Of a DNA stretch of 64,000 bases, positions 28,846-37,649 are shown in pieces. Positions within the stretch are counted from its first letter, which is position 1. The number at the start of each line of letters is the position of its first letter. The translations under genes were made by a program, and so were the position numbers. The notes under the pieces were generated by a model. That model had not been told where the DNA came from. It saw only the letters and a program-made list of their open reading frames with translations, and did not search any database. Source of the stretch: Octopus sinensis (taxonomy: Eukaryota); contig NC_042998.1 in NCBI RefSeq assembly GCF_006345805.1, positions 72,106,001-72,170,000 on the forward strand, given 5' to 3'.

Positions 28846-29020
28846 CGGTTTTTTTGACTATTTATTAAAATTTTATGTATTGATTAAGTCTTTCCTTGTT
28901 TGTTTTGCAAAATAGTGGTTTTGTCTCTAATAATATTATATAATTTTTTACTATAAAATTGGATTTAATCCTAAATCTGATTTTTTCCCTGTAAATTTGG
29001 ATTCATTCCCTAATATTTAT

Positions 29021-29110
<90 letters not shown>

Positions 29111-29113
29111 CGT

Positions 29114-29360
29114 GGAGATGCGTGGCTTAGTGGTTGCGGTGTCAGCATCATGAGCATAAGATTGTGGTTTCGATTCCTGGACCTGGCGACGCGTTGTGTT
29201 TTTGGAAAAACACTTCATTTCACGTTGCTCCAGTCCACTCAGCTGGCAAAAATGAGTAACGCTGCAATGGACTGGCGTCCCATTCAGCTGGGGAACACAT
29301 ACGCGAGTGAAACCGGGAAACCGGGCCCATGAGCTTGGTTAGGTTTTGAAAGGGCGCAAT
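29114..29360 (+). mobile_element. tRNA-derived SINE, family B
   Basis: A-box-like TGGCTTAGTGG, B-box-like GTTTCGATTCC, then TTTCACGTTGCTCCAGTCCACTCAG shared with 51775. Confidence 0.8.
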
Positions 29361-29372
29361 ATATATATATTA

Positions 29373-29405
<33 letters not shown>

Positions 29406-29409
29406 ATTG

Positions 29410-30520
29410 CGTATTTTCCCTAAGCTAGTAAGACTGTATAAAGACACAATGCTGCGCATCTCGAATGGGTGTATTGTATTACAATACACAGAAGTATATC
29501 AGTAATGTGCAAGAAGCGTTCACTAGTGACGATGGATTGATTAATCTAGATATCTGGATTTTCGAGCAAATATCCCAGTGGAGATGGTTTCTTTGGGTCT
29601 TATAGAAAGTGGAATTCTTGGTTTGGTTGTTTCTACAGGTTTCTGGTAGATGCACAAAGGAACCCTCTCAAAGTCTTGTTCTTTACCCTTGTTGCTTATG
29701 CACTCCTGCTCCTTTAACAAAACGAATTCACATTATGACTGTAATAATTTTCGTTGCTGTGCATCTCATACCCTATAATAGATTTCTAGTTCTGCGTTTC
29801 TTGTTTGCAATTATTCGGAAAGTGTATATGATTGTATATATATATATTTGAACCAATTTCCAAATATTTGAAACTGTTACTGCATGCTTCTCAGATTTTG
29901 TTTCCATAGTGCTTTCAAACAGTTACCCTATTGCACATAGGTGCTTCTCACACTTTTTGCTTGATACAAACTGTTAATTATACACGTTTCTTAGACGTAT
30001 TTTTTTTATTGATGTACTATGTTGGATCGTAGAAATCAAAATCCATAGGATACATTCCACCTATTTTTAATTTTATGCTAAATTTAAGAAACCTCTATTA
30101 TGATTTCTTCACTTTTCACGTGGAGTAGCTAATTTCATGTAGTTGGTTATCGTTGAATATTCTGGCAGATTTCACACTTCTTGTTGAGAGCACCTTAGTA
30201 TCAAGAGTCCGCATGTGTTTTCAAAATATTGAGGAATATTTATAACCATGGATCTCAAAGCAAGTGGTTCTTTTGTTGTTTTTATGGGAGTGGAAGAAAG
30301 ATAGAAATATTGAGAAAATGTGTGACAAAGCGGAAGAGAGATTTGAAGAATGAATTGGCAACAAAGACAAACAAACATAAAAGACATATATAAAGAGAAA
30401 TCTGGTGATAACAGAAGAGCAATAAGTAGAAATAACAAGCGTTCGAGGAGGAGCTGTGAGAGGGTTAGAGTAGGAAAAGACAACTTTAGCGCGATTTCTG
30501 AAACGAGTGAACATTTGCAA
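29410..30520. mobile_element. Degenerate Penelope-like fragments
   Basis: Weak GIY-YIG-like minus frame near 29850-30000 and a decayed hammerhead-like motif near 29520-29560. Confidence 0.35.
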
Positions 30521-32021
30521 ACATGTCCTAAAATATATATAAATATATAGTTTGGAATGTTTTCTTGTTTGTGTTTATGCGCGTGTGTGTATGTGTTTGT
30601 GTATGTGTGTGTGCCTTGTGTGTGTGTGTGCATGTGTGCGTGTGTGAGTGATTGTGCTTGTGTGTATGTGCCTAACCATTGCTTGTTATATGATTCCCAA
30701 TTTCAAAACTTCGTAATTAAATTTTATTGCAAATACCGTATACGCAAAAATATTACGTTACATAAAACAACATTCAACATTTAATTACTAAGGGATATTT
30801 ATTTATTAGTTACATTATCTTTCCAAAATATTTGAGTCTATATTCTATAGTAACAGTTATTCAGCATCATTATACTTCAGTGTCTTCTTATAACGTAAAT
30901 GATATCCTTACTAACACACGTGTCGTACGATTCATAGGTACACAATCATAGACACGTTTTTGTATGAATGCGTGTACATAAATGTGTACATGTGTAACAG
31001 TCTATTTCTGTACGACCACCTTTGTATATTTCTTGGCATTGATGATTCTACTCGCATCTAGGTACTATGTAACTGAATACTCTCTAATTACTGATATCAT
31101 TAGTGTTATTGAATATCTCATTCTGTATCTGTGAAACCAAGACAGTTATTACAGAGATAGTAACTGTAAATTGGCATTAATGATTTGGTCTGGGACCAGG
31201 CTTATAAATGGTAAAGCATGCTTCGTAGTCACTAATGCTTAGAATAATACGGTTAGATCGGGTTATTAACACACGTAAAATGTATTCTGTTACTCGTTTT
31301 GAAAGTTTGATATGTAGTTGCTGTGATCTATCAGAAATATATACCCAAATGAGTTAGATTCGACTTTGGAACTCATAAGCGTTTTAGGTTGACTGCTTAA
31401 TTGTGTTAAGTGGAAGGGAGGTAGATAAATTGTATATAAATATCAACAATAACTAAAAACCTTATAATCGCAGTACACTACTGGCAGAAGGAGACGTAAT
31501 ACACCTTCGCTGACAGTTTGAGGGCCATCAATAAAGTGCGTAAATGCATTGCTTTTACTTCAAAAACAAAACGTAAAATTTTCTTTCGATGCTCATTTAC
31601 TCAATTTCCTCGACCCCAAATATAAAGCCGAAAACAAAGAATGCCACTAATCACTTTGTCGTGCCAACGAATTTATCTGCTCGCTTTGATGTGAGTGCAT
31701 ATATCGCTATTGAAAAGGTTTAGATATGTGAGGATTGATTAATTTCAAACAAAACTGCCGCATATAGATATATTTATATATATATATATATATATTAATC
31801 AATATAGGGTGGCAAGGAAAATTTTGTAGAATTTTATTGCCACCAGCGGCCCAGTAGGAAAAAATTAAATAGTCATAGACCATTTTTAAGTTCAACATTA
31901 ACAATTAAGGAACGGCCATAATAGGCCATTCACCCACTAGAAATAACAGCCAAAGCTTCTACCGCAAATAAAGATTAACTCCGTAAACAGGAGAAAATTA
32001 AAAAAAACATTTACCCTGTAA

Positions 32022-32126
32022 TTTCTTGTACGGTATACCGTTTCATCCGCTGTTTAATGGTAAACTAACCTGATTAAATTAAATCAAGCCAATCTTCCAT
32101 AAGCCCTCGGATTCTTCAGCAAGAAA
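32022..32126 (-). ncRNA. Type I hammerhead ribozyme, array copy 1
   Basis: Reverse complement of the 33167-33271 motif. Confidence 0.88.
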
Positions 32127-32511
32127 TAGCTCAAGTCGGAACAGATATTTACACGAGGCATACCCAATCTTGCCAAGGCAATATCTGACCTAAAATTTTC
32201 AAATCGTCGCACTCGCGCCAAATTTATCGGCAGCAAATAAATATCAGCCGTCGATTCCATTACGGAATTAACCAAAAAATTCATAATTAATCAATATAGG
32301 GTGGCAAGGAAAATTTTGTAGAATTTTATTGCCACCAGCGGCCCAGTAGGAAAAAATTAAATAGTCATAGACCATTTTTAAGTTCAACATTAACAATTAA
32401 GGAACGGCCATAATAGGCCATTCACCCACTAGAATAACAGCCAAAGCTTCTACCGCAAATAAAGATTAACTCCGTAAACAGGAGAAAATTAAAAAAACAT
32501 TTACCCTGTAA

Positions 32512-32614
32512 TTTCTTGTACGGTATACCGTTTCATCCGCTGTTAATGGTAAACTAACCTGATTAAATTAAATCAAGCCAATCTTCCATAAGCCCTCGGA
32601 TTCTTCAGCAAGAA
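32512..32614 (-). ncRNA. Type I hammerhead ribozyme, array copy 2
   Basis: Same motif with 1-nt deletions in stem I and the stem II extension; core intact. Confidence 0.82.
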
Positions 32615-33166
32615 TAGCTCAAGTCGGAACAGATATTTACACGAGGCATACCCAATCTTGCCAAGGCAATATCTGACCTAAAATTTTCAAATCGTCGCAC
32701 TCGTGCCAAATTTATCGGCAGCAAATAAATATCAGCCGTCGATTCCATTACGGAATTAACCAAAAAATTCATAATTAATCAATATAGGGTGGCAAGGAAA
32801 ATTTTGTAGAATTTTATTGCCACCAGCGGCCCAGTAGGAAAAAATTAAATAGTCATAGACCATTTTTAAGTTCAACATTAACAATTAAGGAACGGCCATA
32901 ATAGGCCATTCACCCACTAGAAATAACAGCCAAAGCTTCTACCGCAAATAAAGATTAACTCCGTAAACAGGAGAAAATTAAAAAAACATTTACCCTGTAA
33001 TTTCTTGTACGGTATACCGTTTCATCCGCTGTTTAATGGTAACGGCTGATATTTATTTGCTGCCGATAAATTTGGCGCGAGTGCGACGATTTGAAAATTT
33101 TAGGTCAGATATTGCCTTGGCAAGATTGGGTATGCCTCGTGTAAATATCTGTTCCGACTTGAGCTA

Positions 33167-33271
33167 TTTCTTGCTGAAGAATCCGAGGGCTTATGGAAGA
33201 TTGGCTTGATTTAATTTAATCAGGTTAGTTTACCATTAAACAGCGGATGAAACGGTATACCGTACAAGAAA
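33167..33271 (+). ncRNA. Type I hammerhead ribozyme, array copy 3
   Basis: TTTCTTG(33167-73)-CTGAAGA(33174-80)-ATCCG...CGGAT(33181-248)-GAAA(33249-52)-CGGTATACCG-TA^(33264)-CAAGAAA(33265-71). Confidence 0.9.
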
Positions 33272-33658
33272 TTACAGGGTAAATGTTTTTTTAATTTTCT
33301 CCTGTTTACGGAGTTAATCTTTATTTGCGGTAGAAGCTTTGGCTGTTATTTCTAGTGGGTGAATGGCCTATTATGGCCGTTCCTTAATTGTTAATGTTGA
33401 ACTTAAAAATGGTCTATGACTATTTAATTTTTTCCTACTGGGCCGCTGGTGGCAATAAAATTCTACAAAATTTTCCTTGCCACCCTATATTGATTAATTA
33501 TGAATTTTTTGGTTAATTCCGTAATGGAATCGACGGCTGATATTTATTTGCTGCCGATAAATTTGGCGCGAGTGCGACGATTTGAAAATTTTAGGTCAGA
33601 TATTGCCTTGGCAAGATTGGGTATGCCTCGTTGTAAATATCTGTTCCGACTTGAGCTA

Positions 33659-33763
33659 TTTCTTGCTGAAGAATCCGAGGGCTTATGGAAGATTGGCTTG
33701 ATTTAATTTAATCAGGTTAGTTTACCATTAAACAGCGGATGAAACGGTATACCGTACAAGAAA
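33659..33763 (+). ncRNA. Type I hammerhead ribozyme, array copy 4
   Basis: Identical motif; predicted cut after 33756. Confidence 0.9.
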
Positions 33764-34148
33764 TTACAGGGTAAATGTTTTTTTAATTTTCTCCTGTTTA
33801 CGGAGTTAATCTTTATTTGCGGTAGAAGCTTTGGCTGTTATTTCTAGTGGGTGAATGGCCTATTATGGCCGTTCCTTAATTGTTAATGTTGAACTTAAAA
33901 ATGGTCTATGACTATTTAATTTTATCCTACTGGGCCGCTGGTGCAATAAAATTCTACAAAATTTTCCTTGCCACCCTATATTGATTAATTATGAATTTTT
34001 TGGTTAATTCCGTAATGGAATCGACGGCTGATATTTATTTGCTGCCGATAAATTTGGCGCGAGTGCGACGATTTGAAAATTTTAGGTCAGATATTGCCTT
34101 GGCAAGATTGGGTATGCCTCGTGTAAATATCTGTTCCGACTTGAGCTA

Positions 34149-34253
34149 TTTCTTGCTGAAGAATCCGAGGGCTTATGGAAGATTGGCTTGATTTAATTTA
34201 ATCAGGTTAGTTTACCATTAAACAGCGGATGAAACGGTATACCGTACAAGAAA
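34149..34253 (+). ncRNA. Type I hammerhead ribozyme, array copy 5
   Basis: Identical motif; predicted cut after 34246. Confidence 0.9.
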
Positions 34254-34638
34254 TTACAGGGTAAATGTTTTTTTAATTTTCTCCTGTTTACGGAGTTAAT
34301 CTTTATTTGCGGTAGAAGCTTTGGCTGTTATTTCTAGTGGGTGAATGGCCTATTATGGCCGTTCCTTATTGTTAATGTTGAACTTAAAAATGGTCTATGA
34401 CTATTTAATTTTTTCCTACTGGGCCGCTGGTGGCAATAAAATTCTACAAAATTTTCCTTGCCACCCTATATTGATTAATTATGAATTTTTTGGTTAATTC
34501 CGTAATGGAATCGACGGCTGATATTTATTTGCTGCCGATAAATTTGGCGCGAGTGCGACGATTTGAAAATTTTAGGTCAGATATTGCCTTGGCAAGATTG
34601 GGTATGCCTCGTGTAAATATCTGTTCCGACTTGAGCTA

Positions 34639-34743
34639 TTTCTTGCTGAAGAATCCGAGGGCTTATGGAAGATTGGCTTGATTTAATTTAATCAGGTTAG
34701 TTTACCATTAAACAGCGGATGAAACGGTATACCGTACAAGAAA
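34639..34743 (+). ncRNA. Type I hammerhead ribozyme, array copy 6
   Basis: Identical motif; predicted cut after 34736. Confidence 0.9.
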
Positions 34744-35130
34744 TTACAGGGTAAATGTTTTTTTTAATTTTCTCCTGTTTACGGAGTTAATCTTTATTTG
34801 CGGTAGAAGCTTTGGCTGTTATTTCTAGTGGGTGAATGGCCTATTATGGCCGTTCCTTAATTGTTAATGTTGAACTTAAAAATGGTCTATGACTATTTAA
34901 TTTTTTCCTACTGGGCCGCTGGTGGCAATAAAATTCTACAAAATTTTCCTTGCCACCCTATATTGATTAATTATGAATTTTTTGGTTAATTCCGTAATGG
35001 AATCGACGGCTGATATTTATTTGCTGCCGATAAATTTGGCGCGAGTGCGACGATTTGAAAATTTTAGGTCAGATATTGCCTTGGCAAGATTGGGTATGCC
35101 TCGTGTAAATATCTGTTCCGACTTGAGCTA

Positions 35131-35234
35131 TTTCTTGCTGAAGAATCCGAGGGCTTATGGAAGATTGCTTGATTTAATTTAATCAGGTTAGTTTACCATT
35201 AAACAGCGGATGAAACGGTATACCGTACAAGAAA
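35131..35234 (+). ncRNA. Type I hammerhead ribozyme, array copy 7
   Basis: Same motif with a 1-nt deletion in the stem II extension; predicted cut after 35227. Confidence 0.88.
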
Positions 35235-37649
35235 TTACAGGGTAAATGTTTTTTTAATTTTCTCCTGTTTACGGAGTTAATCTTTATTTGCGGTAGAAGC
35301 TTTGGCTGTTATTTCTAGTGGGTGAATGGCCTATTATGGCCGTTCCTTAATTGTTAATATATTATATATATATATTATATATATATATATATAGAGAGAA
35401 GAGAGAGAGAGAGGAGAAACAGAGAGAAACAGAGAGGGTGAGAGAGGAAGGAAAAGAAGAAGACGAACAAAGTCGGCAGATATTTTGATAAATCACTGAA
35501 TATTATTGTTTGAAACAGACGAAATAAAAATGAACGGTGATATTATCAAAGACATCCCATCCAAAGCATTTCGTCAGTATTCGAAACAGTGTATCTAGTA
35601 GTACAATAATCAATGATTTGTCATTATTAAAGATAGTACACGATACAAATAACAACCAAAAATCCATGTAAGTGTACTTACATGGATTTTTGCTTGTTAT
35701 TTTTATCGTGTTTAACTATCACATTGAGATTGCACTGCCATCTTTTGATTGTGCTGTGGGTACCTGAAAGTGAATGTTTCTGGCTTTTGTAGATTATCAA
35801 AAATAGAAAGTATTTCGGTATATATAATTCATCAGAAGATATATGTGAGGTGGATGGAGACAATAACTAGTCATCTTTACTAAATGATACAGAATTTGAA
35901 ATCGAAGGACCCGTTTGCTCGAAAAATAATATTCTGTATATAAATAGTTTGAGAAGGGAAAACGGGGATTCCCAAAGTACCTGGTAACTATTTTGATCTC
36001 GTTGCAGATGTATTCGAAAATGATAGATCAGAGAATGGTAATTGTTGAGAACATAATAACTAAAGTAAAAATAACTGTTTGATGAACATATGTCACATTA
36101 CTTATGTTTTACAGAAGAAATATAATAAATTGGATTAAGTTTTCTCCAAGTCCAAAACCTTTCATCAGACATTTCGTTTGTATATGAGTGTAAAGAAAGA
36201 AGAAAGGAGTAAGTTAGGTGTTAGAGAGTAAAGCATAAAATCAATTTGAAGCCAATATCAAGTGAGTAAATTTTAAAAGTTGCTTGAAATTCTCTGTTTA
36301 AAGATCATGAATATTATAGTACTTATGTAAAATATGAAAAGGCACCAGTGTGAAGGATTAGTTTCTCGATTGCATACACACGAATGAATAAGTTATATAA
36401 CACGTTAAAAATCGCAATCAATTCACCTCGAAATAAAAGAAAAATAACTGCATTTGTAAAAGGGAAGGAAATGCTAGACAATGCGCGCTTAGATATACTT
36501 CTGCGTTTAAAGAAGTGAGTGGCCAAAGGTTGTACAGTTTTATTTATAGGTTAGTTCGAAAAGAATGAGTTGGAGATCGAACATAACAACAATAGGAATT
36601 CAACATTCAATATGATGGTTGACTGAATAACCCTTATTTCAAAAAAGGTTAAACTCAGAGGCAGCTATGCGAAACACAATATAAAAATATTTTTGAAACA
36701 CGAAACAGTTTTCAGCAACGGAATAAATACAAAAATTAAAGATGTTACACTTATTGTAGAAAATTTAAAGCAGTGTATATTTTATGATAAGTTAAAATAA
36801 TTACATTGAAAGTGTTCGGACAATCATGAATATATTTTCGGTCCTCCGTCTAATTAAATCACCGGTCTTGTAGTTAGACAAAGAAATCAATACTGCCTTT
36901 TGATTTTCTGGTATCTTCTTCCATTCAATATAATGCATTTTAGCTTTCCTATTATTTAATGTTGCCAAATTATGCAAATTTCTGTTGTTGTTGTCATTTT
37001 TAAACAATATTATAGCGGATTGTACAACTTCTATTGTATTGCTGATGGTAGGTATATAGCAGCTAAGTGGTTTGATAAACACTCTAATGTGTTTTGCTAT
37101 GAGGCTGATAGATTTTCTATTGTTATAAAGATCTCGTTTAATTCTATTTTTATAACAGTCAGTATTATGATAAGGAAAGCACCATAAATACTCATTAAAT
37201 TATCCGGGGAATATTTGTTTTTATTGGAGTCTTTTCTTATAATTGTAAACTGTCTTTTATAGGTATAGTACGAGCAGACTCACTAAGCTGTTACAACAAA
37301 CTGTATTGAGATGTTAAAAAGTTATTCAGGGACATTTCGTCAGTTAATTGAAAGAGAGGAATGTAACAGTCGAGTGATCGTTACAAATGAACTCTTTTAT
37401 TATACAAATGACAATGTAAATGTGCAGACAGACGGGATTGCTAACCATACAGGTTGCAGAAACAGTAACAGAATAAAGAAAAAAGATTAAGTAAGCAAGG
37501 AAATTAAACATTGAAATTAAGAGTTATAAATATTAACTTATTTATATTTACTAACAATGGGATTGCCTTTAAAGAAAGAAACGTTTTATTTTATTGCATT
37601 TTTTACACCATCATTGAAGACATACTAAAGATAATAATCACCTGAAATG

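Larger units (their letters stand above)
28619..28941. repeat. 323-bp near-perfect palindrome (161-bp arms, 1-nt centre at 28780); inverted Penelope-type pLTR
   Basis: The arms are reverse complements with one mismatch seen (AAACAAAGAAAG vs AAACAAGGAAAG). Each arm holds a hammerhead. Confidence 0.95.
31794..35358. mobile_element. Retrozyme-like tandem array of a ~490-bp hammerhead-containing unit; ~2.55 copies on minus (31794-33042) and ~4.7 on plus (33043-35358)
   Basis: Near-identical units with period 488-492 bp, orientation switch at 33042/33043, both ends in (TA)n tracts, one type I hammerhead per unit. Confidence 0.9.

Noticed and set aside
33272-33300. Pol III transcription of the monomer
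   Set aside because: Runs of six or seven T on the ribozyme strand would terminate Pol III, and no A/B boxes were seen.
31794-35358. Viroid-like ambisense replicon with ribozymes on both strands
   Set aside because: The antisense strand of the unit has only CTGATTA and CTGACCT, with no CUGANGA core. Ribozymes appear on both genomic strands only because of the inversion.
31794-35358. CRISPR array or simple satellite
   Set aside because: There are no unique spacers, the context is eukaryotic, and the intact ribozyme fold explains the unit better than plain satellite DNA.
36130-36175. Isolated CTGANGA matches (here and near 5710, 16512, 37340, 39987, 56015)
   Set aside because: No supporting stem I/II/III pairing with a downstream GAAA.
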